DNA of 63,917 nucleotides, counting the filler, from Octopus bimaculoides (Eukaryota): NCBI RefSeq assembly GCF_001194135.2. It is 7 parts of 6 records of this genome, joined end to end, with 100 filler letters (N's around TTAATTAATTAA, not from the genome) between each part and the next. Parts side by side here need not be neighbours in the genome. Positions count along the whole stretch, not along the records: positions 21,414 to 39,096 come from NC_068995.1; 6 more parts are not named here. One strand, 5' to 3'. Positions 25,831 to 38,687 of this stretch are shown in pieces. Below the pieces are notes generated by a model. It searched no databases and was not told the DNA's origin. It was given only the letters and a program-made list of their open reading frames with translations. The stretch's first letter is position 1. The number at the start of each line of letters is the position of its first letter. The translations under genes were made by a program, and so were the position numbers.

Positions 25831-28800
25831 CACCCTCAAAAGGTAAATAGATAGCTTCCCCCAGCAGAAAAGAGAGAGAAAAATGGTGAGGGTGTATCCT
25901 TAAGGTACAAGATGGATAAGAGACAGAGAGAATTGAGATAAGGGAATAGAAAAGGTGGGTGCATTGCTAAGTACTCTCGAGTGCAACAGACTATGTATGT
26001 GTGTATCATTATTATCGTTTCACTTCCTTCTTTCCATGGTGGCATCAGTTAGATGATTTAACAGGAACCAACATACCATCTGCTTTGGTGTGGTTTTATA
26101 CAGATGGATGCCCTTCCTAATGCCAACCACTTCACAGAGTGTATTAGATGCTTCTTTTCATGGCATCAGCAATAGTGAAGCCACAAGATTACTCGCAAGA
26201 TGAGACCCCTGACTGAATGGAGTTACAGAATTCAAGGATGTGAATGTATGATAGAGAGGGACCAGAGCGAGTGTCTTGCTGAAGAATTGAATACATGGTT
26301 TTTCCCAACCGGAAAAGGGAAAGAGAGATGCGGGGGCATAATTCTCAAGTTACAAGGTATGGGAAAAAGGATAGTAAAGCAGAAACAGCAGGGGGATAGG
26401 TGAGTGGGCTTGAGTGAGAAAAGAGCATGACAGATGATTAAAGATTGAGCTGGATGTCTGCCCCATTTTAGATATTTTCTGCTCCATTTTTGCTTTATTT
26501 TTTTTAATACCTGATATAGCTTGTCCTATTTTTGTACATCATATAGTTTGCCCTATATTTCTACTTAATCTACCTATACTGCTCTATTGTGAAGCATTTC
26601 CTATTTTTGTATATGGTCTTTTCTCTCTGTCCTGAAACATGTCCTATTCTGAAACCATCTTAATGAGTGTCCCATTTTAACTCAGATACACATCTTTCCA
26701 CTTTGTGTGCTTTGTCCTATTTTTGTACNNNNNNNNNNNNNNNNNNNNNNNNNNNNNNNNNNNNNNNNNNNNNNNNNNNNNNNNNNNNNNNNNNNNNNNN
26801 NNNNNNNNNNNNNNNNNNNNNNNNNNNNNNNNNAGTGTCCCATTTTAACTCAGATACACATCTTTCCACTTTGTGTGCTTTGTCCTATTTTTGTATATGG
26901 TCTTTTCTCTCTGTCCTGAAACATGTCCTATTCTGAAACCATGTTAATGTGTGTCCCATTTTAACTCAGATACACATCTTTCCACTTTGTGTGCTTTGTC
27001 CTATTTTTGTACATGTACAGCTTGCTCAATGTTCCATCTCTGTTCACGTTTGTCCCATTTTCCCTCTAGAAATTAGTTTGCTGTAATCATTTCATTTCCT
27101 TGATATTTTATAGTTTGACCTATTTTGGCTCTATATTTGTAGCTGATCTATTTTGCCCAACATATATAGTTTAATTTGTCCTATTTCATCCACTATGATA
27201 TATCTCAACCTATTTTAACCTGCTATCATAGTTTATGCTATTTATTTGCAGTGTGATGACACTTCTTTGTCCTATTTCTGTGCATCATGCTGCTTGTCCT
27301 ATTTCCATCTCAGGATGCAGTTTGAATTAATTCCGTCCGTGATGAACAACTGTTACACATACACACACATATTTATGTATACACATACATATATATGTGT
27401 GTGCGCGTGTGTATGTATATATATATATATATATACATATAGATGTTCTTAAAGATCCCTCCAAATGCAAATCCTTTCAAAAACTCTACAGAAATTAATG
27501 CCACAGCCAAACCATTCTATTTTACAATAAAATCTGATGTCTTTTTGTTTATTTGTTTCTGTTTTTATTTCTTTTTATTTTATTAATTTATTCATTTTTT
27601 TGAGCATTGTTAACGTAGCTGTGTGGTCAAGAAGTTTGCCTCTCAACCACATGGCTTTAGGTTCAATCCTACTGCATGGCAATTTGCACATGTGTCTCCT
27701 ACTGAATCCTCAGGTTGACCAAAGACTCGGGAAAGGACTTGGTCGATAGAAACTAAAAGTATATCATTGTGTGTGTGTGTATGTGCATGTGTGAATATGT
27801 GTGTGTTTGTGTATATATATATACATCTCAGAGTGGTTGGTGTTAGGAAGGGCATCCAGCTGTAGAAACTCTGCCAAATCAGATTGGAGCCTGGTGTAGC
27901 CATCTGGTTTCACCAGTCCTCAGTCAAATCATCCAACCCATGCTAGTATGAAAAGCGAACAATAAACGATGATGATGGNNNNNNNNNNNNNNNNNNNNNN
28001 NNNNNNNNNNNNNNNNNNNNNNNNNNNNNNNNNNNNNNNNNNNNNNNNNNNNNNNNNNNNNNNNNNNNNNNNNNNNNNNNNNNNNNNNNNNNNNNNNNNN
28101 NNNNNNNNNNNNNNNNNNNNNNNNNNNNNNNNNNNNNNNNNNNNNNNNNNNNNNNNNNNNNNNNNNNNNNNNNNNNNNNNNNNNNNNNNNNNNNNNNNNN
28201 NNNNNNNNNNNNNNNNNNNNNNNNNNNNNNNNNNNNNNNNNNNNNNNNNNNNNNNNNNNNNNAAGAAGAAGGAGAATGAAAATGTGTTTTTACAAAGAAG
28301 TACAAAATGAAGAAAATAATATATAAAACAATAATATATAAAAAAATAAATATACCCTTACATTATATTGTCTTTGAGCTTTTGTAGTTCAATAGTAGTT
28401 TATGTATAAACTGGTAGGAAAAATAAGGATGCATGAGAGTTGAGAGTTTTGTTAGGTTTAAAAAAAGGGTTAAAAGTTTGTGTTAAGCAGGAAATGTGGT
28501 GTCAAAACAGGAAGTGTGTGTAAGGGGAGACATATATATATATGCATATATATATAGTACTTAATTTATCAACCCTAAAAGGATGAAAGACAAAGTCGAC
28601 CTCAGCGGAATTTGAACTCAGAACGTAAAGATAAATGAAATACTGCTAAGCACTTCACCTGGCATGCTAAAGTTTCTTATTTCTTTATTGCCTACAAGGG
28701 GCTACACACATAGGGGACAAACAAAGGTATTAAGTCGATTACATCGACCCCAGTGCGTAACTGGTACTTAATTTATCGACCCTGAAAGGATGAAAGGCAA

Positions 28801-28907
28801 AGTCAACCTCAGCAGAATTTGAACTCAGAACGTAACAGCAGACGAAATACCGCTAAGCATTTCTACCAGCTCACCAGCTTCCCACTGTTTTTATATCAGA
28901 AGTGAAA

Positions 28908-29147
28908 TTAGAGGAAAAGGAGATAAATTTGTATGATTTGATGCTCTTTTATTATCATAAAAGAAAAAGAAAATGCTGTACAAAGAGTAAAAAAAATATA
29001 TGCAGTTTATGGAGATGGTGCCATATCTGAGAGAAAAATTTGGAAGTGGTTTGCAAGATTTAGGAGTGAAAATTTAGATCCTGAAGACCACAAGCATTCT
29101 GGTAGGTCTACAGATATTGATAATGACCAAATTAAAATGCTAAGAAT
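28908..29147 (+). mobile_element. mariner transposase N-terminal HTH remnant
   Basis: ..AVYGDGAISERKIWKWFARFRSENLDPEDHKHSGRSTDIDNDQIKML, similar to Mos1-type WF.RF.SG.FDLED..RSGRP. It is flanked on both sides by SINE insertions. Confidence 0.78.
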
Positions 29148-29690
29148 AAAAAAAAAACAATCCAGGTCACATGACTTGATTGCTGGCACTCCGTCGCTTA
29201 CGACGTTGAGAGTTTCCAGTTGATCCGATCAATAGAACAGCCTGCTCGTGAAATTAACGTGCAAGTGGTTGAGCACTCCACAGACACGTGTAACCCTTAA
29301 CGTAGTTCTCGGGGATATTCAGCGTGACACAGAGTGTGACGAGGCTGGCCCTTTGAAATACAGGTACAACAGAAACAGGAAGTAAGAGTGAGAGATAGTT
29401 GTGGTGGAAGAGTACAGCAGGGTTCGCCACCAACCCCTGGGGGAGCTTTAGGTGTTTTCATTCAATAAACACTCACAACGCCCGGTCTGGGAATCGAAAC
29501 TGGATCCTATGACCGCGAGTCCACTGCCCTAACCACTGGGCCATTGCGCCTCCACACTTGACATGATANNNNNNNNNNNNNNNNNNNNNNNNNNNNNNNN
29601 NNNNNNNNNNNNNNNNNNNNNNNNNNNNNNNNNNNNNNNNNNNNNNNNNNNNNNNNNNNNNNNNNNNNNNNNNNNNNNNNNNNNNNNNNN

Positions 29691-29732
<42 letters not shown>

Positions 29733-29754
29733 TCTGTCGTAGTTTATATTCATA

Positions 29755-29995
29755 TAGAGGGTCCCTTCTATTTCATATAGAGGGGTTGTTGTTTACACAC
29801 ATAATTCAACAAATTACGTACAAGATCTTCGTCTCGTCTGCTACACCTGATGTGTGCTACACTTTGCACCTGTTCAGGTAACGTCGGTTTGATGGAGGAG
29901 AGAGAGTGAGCTGATGTATACGGCACAGGTATTTGATGACCATAAACAAATCATTTCTGCAGGTGACCGTTCAGTAAAAAAACAGTGGAACCCTC
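29755..29995. mobile_element. Tc1/mariner-type MITE
   Basis: Short imperfect TIRs TAGAGGGTCCC .. GGAACCCTC; no coding capacity. Confidence 0.4.
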
Positions 29996-30711
29996 ATCCG
30001 TTGTTCTACGAGAGGAGAGGCCACATTTAGTAGCTGTGTGGTGAGAAGCTTGCTTCCCAACCAAATGGTTCCAGATTCAGTCCCCGATGCCTGGCACCTT
30101 GGACAAGTATCTTCGACTATAGCCTCGGATAGACAAAAGCCTTGTGAGTGGATTTGGTAGACGGAAACTGGAAGAAGCCCGTCGTACATATATATATATA
30201 TATACANNNNNNNNNNNNNNNNNNNNNNNNNNNNNNNNNNNNNNNNNNNNNNNNNNNNNNNNNNNNNACTTGCCCAAGGTGCCAGGCATCGAGACTGAAT
30301 CTGGAACCATTTGGTTGGGAAGCAAGCTTCTCACCACACAGCTACGAAATGTATATATATAACAATAATATTAGGGATGAAAATCCAAATTTACAGGTAA
30401 AAACTCAATTCAATTGAGGTCTTATTCTTTGCAAGCCTAGTACATCGTCCCTTTTCCCGAACCCCTAAGTTACAGGGACCGTAAACTCAACGAGATCGTC
30501 TGTCAAGCGATGGTGGTGGAGACAAACACACACAAACACAAACACACACACATATATACGATGGGCTCCTCTCATTTAACGCCTACCAAATCCACTCACA
30601 AGGCTTTGGTCAGTTGAGGCTAAATTAGAAGACTTAAGAAAACCTAGAAGTAGTAGCCAAATCTCTCACTAACTACACCCAATTGTATTAAAATATGAAG
30701 GACACTTCCTA

Positions 30712-30912
30712 AGGCAGTGAGCTGGCCGAAACGGTAGCATGCCGGGCGAAATGCTTAGCGGTATTTCGTCTGTCGTTATGTTCTGAGTTCAAATTCCGCC
30801 AATGTCAACTTTGCCTTTCATCCTTTCGGGGCCGATAAATCGAATACCAGTTACGCATTGGGGTCGATGTAATCGACTTAATCCCTTTGTCTCTCCTTGA
30901 TTGTCCCCTTTG
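30712..30912 (+). mobile_element. tRNA-headed SINE family B
   Basis: GGCAGTGAGCTGGCCGAAACGGTAGCA..GAGTTCAAATTCCGCC..CTTTGCCTTTCATCCTTTCGGGG. Other copies at 8865-9040, 20325-20555, 28560-28880 and 44980-45150 (-), and 53780-53970 (+). Confidence 0.85.
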
Positions 30913-31411
30913 TGTGTGCCACCGGCACGTGAGCCAACCAGGGGGCTTTGACATCGATCATGTTCAGATGGTGCTTTTTATGTGCCACCAGCATGGGAGC
31001 CAGTCAGGCGGCACTGGCATTGATCACGTTTGNNNNNNNNNNNNNNNNNNNNNNNNNNNNNNNNNNNNNNNNNNNNNNNNNNNNNNNNNNNNNNNNNNNN
31101 NNNNNNNNNNNNNNNNNNNNNNNNNNNNNNNNNNNNNNNNNNNNNNNNNNNNNNNNNNNNNNNNNNNNNNNNNNNNNNNNNNNNNNNNNNNNNNNNNNNN
31201 NNNNNNNNNNNNNNNNNNNNNNNNNNNNNNNNNNNNNNNNNNNNNNNNNNNNNNNNNNNNNNNNNNNNNNNNNNNNNNNNNNNNNNNNNNNNNNNNNNNN
31301 NNNNNNNNNNNNNNNNNNNNNNNNNNNNNNNNNNNNNNNNNNNNNNNNNNNNNNNNNNNNNNNNNNNNNNNNNNNNNNNNNNNNNNNNNNNNNNNNNNNN
31401 NNNNNNNNNNN

Positions 31412-33724
31412 GGAGGACATGCTGGGACCGAGGCTGCACATGCCGCTGCCAGGATGGGTGCGAACACCCTGTTGTTGACCCACAAGATAGAGACAATTGG
31501 TGAGTATCATAGGGTGGTGGTTGTGGTGGTGGTGGTTGTAATGGTGGTGGTTGTGGTGGTGGTGGTTGTAATGGTGGTGGTTGTGGTGGTGGTGGTGGTA
31601 GTTGTGGGGTGGTGATGGACTAGTTTGAGAGGGTGGTGGTGCATTGTTATATAAGGTGGAAAATAGGACATTAAATGTTGATGATATAATATCAGTGCCG
31701 CTGAACTGGCTCCTGTGCAGGTGGCACATAAAATGGACCATTTTGAGCATGTCCGTTGCCAGTACTGTGTGACTGGCCCTCGTGCCGGTGGCATGTAAAA
31801 GCACCAACTACAATCTTGGAGTGGTTGGCGTTACGAAGGGCATTCAGCTGTAGAAACTCTGCCAGATCAGATTGGATCCTGGTGCAACCTCCTGGCTTGC
31901 CAGTCCTCAGTCAAATCGTCCAACCCATGCTGGGAATTGAAACCATGATCCTATGACCATGAGTCCGCTGCCCTAACCACTTGGCCATTGCACCTCCACG
32001 ACAGGTAAATATATAACAAGAGAAAAGTGAGAGAGACAGAGACCTTATTATAATTTTCTGAGTTTTATTTATTCCTGTTTGTTTTTGTTTTTTATTTTAT
32101 AGGAGCCATGTCTTGTAATCCTTCATTTGGTGGAATTGGCAAAGGACATCTGATGAAAGAAGTCGATGCTCTTGATGGTCTCTGTGGCCGTGCTTGTGGT
32201 TTGTAGAATTGCTTCCATTTTTCAAAGCATTTCTTTGTAGATTTATTTCAATTGCTTTTTCTTTTCATCCCTTTATCTTCAAATCCACTGTTATTCTGAC
32301 CTTTTGGTGCCTCTGTACAGTACCCTGTCACACTGCAAGGTCCAGTCCTTGTTGAAGTTGGTGGCTTGTGGGCCTCAGTGACCCTGAAAGCTGAAGCAGA
32401 GCTCAAGCTCCTGTTGTAGGGCCCCCTGTGGTAGGGTCAAAGGATACAGACCAGACTAATATAGAACACCTCTGGCCAGAAGTAGAAAAAGAGGTTTACA
32501 TGGGGCCACCACCCCCTTCTGAGAAAAAAAGTTATGTATGCATTGATGACACTGCAAAACCAACAGGAGTTGGGAGAGGGAGACCTTAAAGACAGCCCAG
32601 AGTGTTCCTCAGTGACCCCCAAGACCTATGCCAGTAGAGCACAAACTCTGTGGTAAGGCCTTTCATACTGGATAGGTCAAAGGGTAGAGGTCAGACTATT
32701 AACTATCCTATCCTAGAGGTAAAAATAGATTTGTGTTAAGTGAGAACCCCTACCTAGAGTAAAGCATTGCTACAGAAGCTTTGATGATAATTCGAAAACA
32801 ACAAGTCATATCTATCTAGAGTCTACAGATGTTGATGCTTCTGGGGCCACTAACTTGGGATGATCCCAGCCCCTGTCAAGCAAAGTAAGCACATCCATGA
32901 CTCCCATGTCTCTTGTAAAATGAGTGTTCATTAGAGATTAATTAATTATTTCAGATGAAACTGGGATCAATTACAGAATGTTGAATACCAAGAAAGGACC
33001 CGCTGTTTGGGTAAGTTTCTCATTTTGGGGTGCTTCTATGACAACAACAACCTTTATTTTATGCATGTATATATGTATGTGATGTGTGCGAGAGTGTATA
33101 CATGTGTATGCGTGTACATAGGTGCAGGCATGGTTTATTGCTTCCAAACCACATGGTTTTGGGTTCAGTCCCACTGCATGGTACCTTTGGCAAGTGTCTT
33201 CTACTATTGTCCCAGGCCAACCAAAGCCTTGTGAGTGGATTTGGTAGATAGAAACTGAAAGAAGCCTATCATGTGTGTGTGTGTGTGTGTCTGTCTGTTT
33301 TTCTCCCCTACCATCACTTGACATCTGGTACCGGTGTGTTTACATCCCTATAACTTAGCGGTTATAACTTAGTTTGTGTGGTTGATAATATTTACAACAC
33401 TAACACTGTGGCTGTGTAGTAAAAAGCTTGTTTCCCAACCGCTTTGTTCAACTCCACACATCGCATCACCTCACCAAACACATATTACCCCCACATTAAC
33501 AGGGTTTTCTTTCTTGGCGTTTATATTTCCAGGGCCCACGTGCACAGATTGATCGTACTTTGTACAAGAATTTTATCCAAAAGGCTCTCCTCACTCTGCC
33601 TGGATTGACTGTCGTAGAAAGTCCTGTTGAAGACCTTCTACTGAAAGAATCGGTTTCTTCAGAACATAGTTTGGCCACACAAGAATGTTTCGGTGTTTTG
33701 TTGGGTGAGTAGGATTTGCTTTCT

Positions 33725-33759
<35 letters not shown>

Positions 33760-35452
33760 TTAACATCCATTGTCCATGGGTTGGACAGTTTGACCAGAGC
33801 TGACAAGCTGCAGAGCTGCACCAGGCTCCGGTCTGATTTAGCATGGTTTCTATGGTTGGATGCCCTTTCCTGACACTAACCACTTTACAGAGTGAGCTGG
33901 GTGCTTTTACGTGGCACGCACGAGCGCTTTTATGTAGCTCCGCATGAATGCTCTTACGTGGTATCGGCATGAGTGCTTTTTACAGGACTCTAGCAGGCTA
34001 ATTCAAAAACTATCTTTTGGATCCATTTTTGTGACGTGGTGCCAGTGACCAAGACTTTTGGTGATATGCTGTGCTTGAGAAGACTTGTCAATCTGAGTGA
34101 AATTGCAGTTGTGACCAATGCCGGTGGTTTGTAACTGGCACCTGTGCTGGTGGTATGTAAAAGGCACTCTTTGAACTTTGGGCCTCATGGTGGCAGTGAC
34201 ATGTAACAGAGACTTTTGATAATACATCGTGCTTGAGAAAACCTGTCAAACCAAGTGAGACCAGTCATGGCCGATCCCAGTGTTTCCTAACTGGTACCAA
34301 TGCCTGTGGCATGTAAAAACCACCCACTACACTCTTGGAGTGGTTGACATTAGGAAGGGCATCCAGCTGCTATAGAAACCATTCCATATCACATTGGAAC
34401 CTGGTGCAGCTCTTCAGCTTGCCAGTGTTCGGTCAAACTGTCCAACCCATGCCAGCATGGAAATCGTCAAATGATGATGATGATGCTGATGATGTCATCT
34501 TATTAAAGGGTTTATCCTAACAATGTTCTGAAATGTGTTTTTGAATGGCTAATGTGTCTTCCGTGCTGTAATTGCATTAATTTACCATTTTTAGAAAATG
34601 GAACCCAGATGTTTGGCAAAACTGTTGTGTTAACGACAGGAACATTTCTGCGAGGCTGCATCACCGTTGGACTGAGTTCAAAGCCCGCAGGTAGACTGGG
34701 AGATGAACCAGCTGTGGGTCTTGCATGTTCCCTTGAAAAAGCAGGCTTCAAGATGGGGAGATTAAAAACAGGTAATTAACTTTTACTAATTATTTCAAAA
34801 ATTTAACGAGGCTGAGTTTTACATCACATTTTTTTACAAACAATTATTTGCTCAATGTCTCTGTAGCAGACTTCCTATCATCGTTTAACGTCCGCTTTCC
34901 ATGCTGGCATGGGTTGGACGATTTGACTGAGGACTGGTGAAACCGGATGGCTGCACCAGGCTCCAATCTGATCTGGCAGAGTTTCTACAGCTGGATGCCC
35001 TTCCTAACGCCAACCATTCCGAGAGTGTAGTGGGTGCTTTTACGTGCCACCGGCACGAAGGCCAGTCAGGCGGTACTGGCAACGGCCACATACATATATA
35101 CACAAGCACGTTTATACATATATCTCATAAATATATATTGTGTATGTTGTTGTCTCCATTTCAGGCACTCCGCCACGTCTGGATGGTCGTACTATTGATT
35201 TCTCCAAGACAATTGTCCAGCCTGGTGACAATCCTCCCATGCCGTTCTCTTTCCTCAACGACAAAGTCTGGATAAAGGTTTGTATGACATTCTTTCTGCT
35301 CTTCATTGGTTGATAAGCGGGGTACATGAAGGACCGGGATGCTCTTCCTCTTACCAACCCTCACCCGGTCCCAAGTAGGGTGATATTTCCCTCTCCCCTC
35401 CTCAGGGGTCAGACATGGCTTTCCTGGATAACTGGAAAAAAAAAACAACCTT

Positions 35453-35491
<39 letters not shown>

Positions 35492-36462
35492 NNNNNNNNN
35501 NNNNNNNNNNNNNNNNNNNNNNNNNNNNNNNNNNNNNNNNNNNNNNNNNNNNNNNNNNNNNNNNNNNNNNNNNNNNNNNNNNNNNNNNNNNNNNNNNNNN
35601 NNNNNNNNNNNNNNNNNNNNNNNNNNNNNNNNNNNNNNNNNNNNNNNNNNNNNNNNNNNNNNNNNNNNNNNNNNNNNNNNNNNNNNNNNNNNNNNNNNNN
35701 NNNNNNNNNNNNNNNNNNNNNNNNNNNNNNNNNNNNNNNNNNNNNNNNNNNNNNNNNNNNNNNNNNNNNNNNNNNNNNNNNNNNNNNNNNNNNNNNNNNN
35801 NNNNNNNNNNNNNNNNNNNNNNNNNNNNNNNNNNNNNNNNNNNNNNNNNNNNNNNNNNNNNNNNNNNNNNNNNNNNNNNNNNNNNNNNNNNNNNNNNNNN
35901 NNNNNNNNNNNNNNNNNNNNNNNNNNNNNNNNNNNNNNNNNNNNNNNNNNNNNNNNNNNNNNNNNNNNNNNNNNNNNNNNNNNNNNNNNNNNNNNNNNNN
36001 NNNNNNNNNNNNNNNNNNNNNNNNNNNNNNNNNNNNNNNNNNNNNNNNNNNNNNNNNNNNNNNNNNNNNNNNNNNNNNNNNNNNNNNNNNNNNNNNNNNN
36101 NNNNNNNNNNNNNNNNNNNNNNNNNNNNNNNNNNNNNNNNNNNNNNNNNNNNNNNNNNNNNNNNNNNNNNNNNNNNNNNNNNNNNNNNNNNNNNNNNNNN
36201 NNNNNNNNNNNNNNNNNNNNNNNNNNNNNNNNNNNNNNNNNNNNNNNNNNNNNNNNNNNNNNNNNNNNNNNNNNNNNNNNNNNNNNNNNNNNNNNNNNNN
36301 NNNNNNNNNNNNNNNNNNNNNNNNNNNNNNNNNNNNNNNNNNNNNNNNNNNNNNNNNNNNNNNNNNNNNNNNNNNNNNNNNNNNNNNNNNNNNNNNNNNN
36401 NNNNNNNNNNNNNNNNNNNNNNNNNNNNNNNNNNNNNNNNNNNNNNNNNNNNNNNNNNNNNN

Positions 36463-36504
<42 letters not shown>

Positions 36505-36881
36505 GTGTGTATATGTATGTGTGTGTGTTCCTCCTACCGCTGCTTGATTTCTGGTGTTGTATTTATGTCTCCATAGCTTAGCAGTTCAGCTAAAGTGACT
36601 GATAAAATAAGCAATGGGCTTACTAAAAATAAAATAAGTATTTGGTGGTAGGATTGATTCGCTTGACTAAAGTTTTTCAAACGTTAAATGATGATGATGT
36701 CGGCGATGATGATGATGATGTCGGCGATGATGATGATGATGATTTTAATCCATTGGTTTCAATTACAGCCTGAAGACCAGTTGTTATGTTATCTCACCTA
36801 CACGACACCCAAGGCAGCTGAGATCGTTAAGAAGACTCTACACCTGAATAAACATGTGAAAGAGGAAACCGTTGGCCCAAG
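31412..36881 (+). CDS. MTO1: MTO1/GidA (MnmG) mitochondrial tRNA-modifying FAD enzyme, exons 1(part)-7; 3' half absent because the segment ends at a linker
   Basis: Exons: 31412-31499 ([30 protein letters not shown]; start codon in gap 31033-31411), 32103-32198 ([31 protein letters not shown]), 32955-33010 ([19 protein letters not shown]), 33533-33704 ([12 protein letters not shown]..), 34595-34771 (..[22 protein letters not shown]), 35165-35277 ([13 protein letters not shown]), 36769-36881 ([16 protein letters not shown]). All splice phases chain correctly and the GidA motifs are unambiguous. Confidence 0.96.
34878..35090 (-). mobile_element. 5'-truncated RTE 3'-UTR copy (representative of about a dozen in the window)
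   Basis: Reverse complement of GGAAGGGCATCCAGCTGTAGAAAC..AACCCATGCCAGCATGGAAAGCGGACGTTAAACGATGA. Other copies at about 188-560, 17447-17690 and 33727-33920 (-), and 10735-10880, 12400-12635, 27825-27978, 31690-31932, 34305-34490 and 38140-38320 (+). Confidence 0.85.
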
Positions 36882-38331
36882 GTAAGGGGACTTCTTAGTT
36901 ATAATTGTCGCCTGTTTCAGTCTAGTCTTTGTTTCCTCCTGCCTTCATTGGCACCTTCCTTTACAATTCTGGCCCCTCACCAGTTGGAATTCAATTTGGG
37001 ATTGGGACGTTAAACGATGATGATGATGATGAACAATAAAATGATTGCATTACAGAATTAATTCTTGTCTGTCCTTAACCTCTGATCAAACACCATTGGG
37101 GCATATAGTCATTGTAGGTATATTATAGTCATGCTATTTAGCTTTCCTTAGTTTTGGGCTGCCGGCCCAATTAGCCCTCTGCAAGAGCTAGTTTAAAAGG
37201 CTGCATGAAGTGCAGGTTTTAAGCCATTAAAAAATAAAAGAAATTGTGGCACTCCGTCGCTTACGACGTCGAGGGTTTCCAGTTGATCCGATCAACGGAA
37301 CAGCCTGCTCGTGAAATTAACGTGCAAGTGGTTGAGCACTCCACAGACACGTGTACCCTTAACGTAGTTCTCGGGGGAGATTCAGCGTGACACAGTGTGA
37401 CAAGGCTGACCCTTTGAATTACAGGCACAACAGAAACAGGAAGAAAGAGTGAGAGAAAGTTGTGGTGAAGGAGTACAGCAGGGTTCGCCACCATCCCCTG
37501 TCGGAGCTTCGTGGAACTTTTTAGGTGTTTTCGCTCAATAAACACTCACATTGTCTGATCTGGGAATCGAAACCGCGATCCTATGACCGCGAGTCCGCTG
37601 CCCTAACCACTGGGCCATTGCGCCTCTACAATAAAAAAAAATATGTAGTAAGCAATAATGGTACAATAATGTATCTGGCCTTAAAAAATTATTCCTTATT
37701 TCTTACGTCTGACTCAGATTTTGCGTTGCATTGAAAGAACATTAAGTGTGCAGTCTTTAGGAAATTTCGTGGTATTTAAAGCTACATCAGTTTAACTGAT
37801 TTACTCATTTTATGAACAATTAACTTATTTTTTAAAAATCTGTGTTATGGCCTTCAAACAATAGCTTTTAAGCAAATGCTATTGAAGAAAAGCAGGAACC
37901 ATGCCAGTTTCTGTGATTCTATTTAAGAGGTTTTTTTTTCCGTTTTGAAATATCTTCCGATAGAGGTATAGCTGTGTGGAGATAGAGTTTACTTTGGTAC
38001 TTTGGAATTATAATGGTGCAGGTTCCGAGTGCCGCTGCTTGGCACTTTAGGGCAAGTGTCTTCTACTGCAGCTTCAATCTGACCAATACTTTTGAAATGG
38101 AATTGGTAGAAAGAAACCAAACTGAATGGAAGTTTGATGCTGGACTAGCTCCTGTGCAGGTGGCACATAAAATACACCATTCTGAGCGTGGCCGTTGCCA
38201 GTACCGCCTGACTGGCCTTCGTGCCGGTGGCACGTAAAAGCACCCACTACACTCTCGGAGTGGTTGGTGTTAGGAAGGGCATCCAGCTGTAGAAACTCTG
38301 CCAAATCAGATTGGAGCATGGNNNNNNNNNN

Positions 38332-38384
<53 letters not shown>

Positions 38385-38539
38385 GTGTATGTATATATGT
38401 ATATATTTTTGTATTTATATGTGTATATATATATGTATGTGTGTGTATATATATGTATATATAAGTATATATATGCATATATATTAGTATATGTATATAT
38501 ATTTATATATATATATATGAATATGTATACATATATATC

Positions 38540-38588
<49 letters not shown>

Positions 38589-38651
38589 TACTCACATATA
38601 TATGTTATACACACTCCCACAAACACACACACACTTATATATACACACAAA

Positions 38652-38687
<36 letters not shown>

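Noticed and set aside
32330-32760. GC-richer stretch in MTO1 intron 2 as a possible extra exon
   Set aside because: MTO1 exons 2 and 3 already join in phase with no missing residues; the stretch looks like a LINE 5'-UTR remnant.
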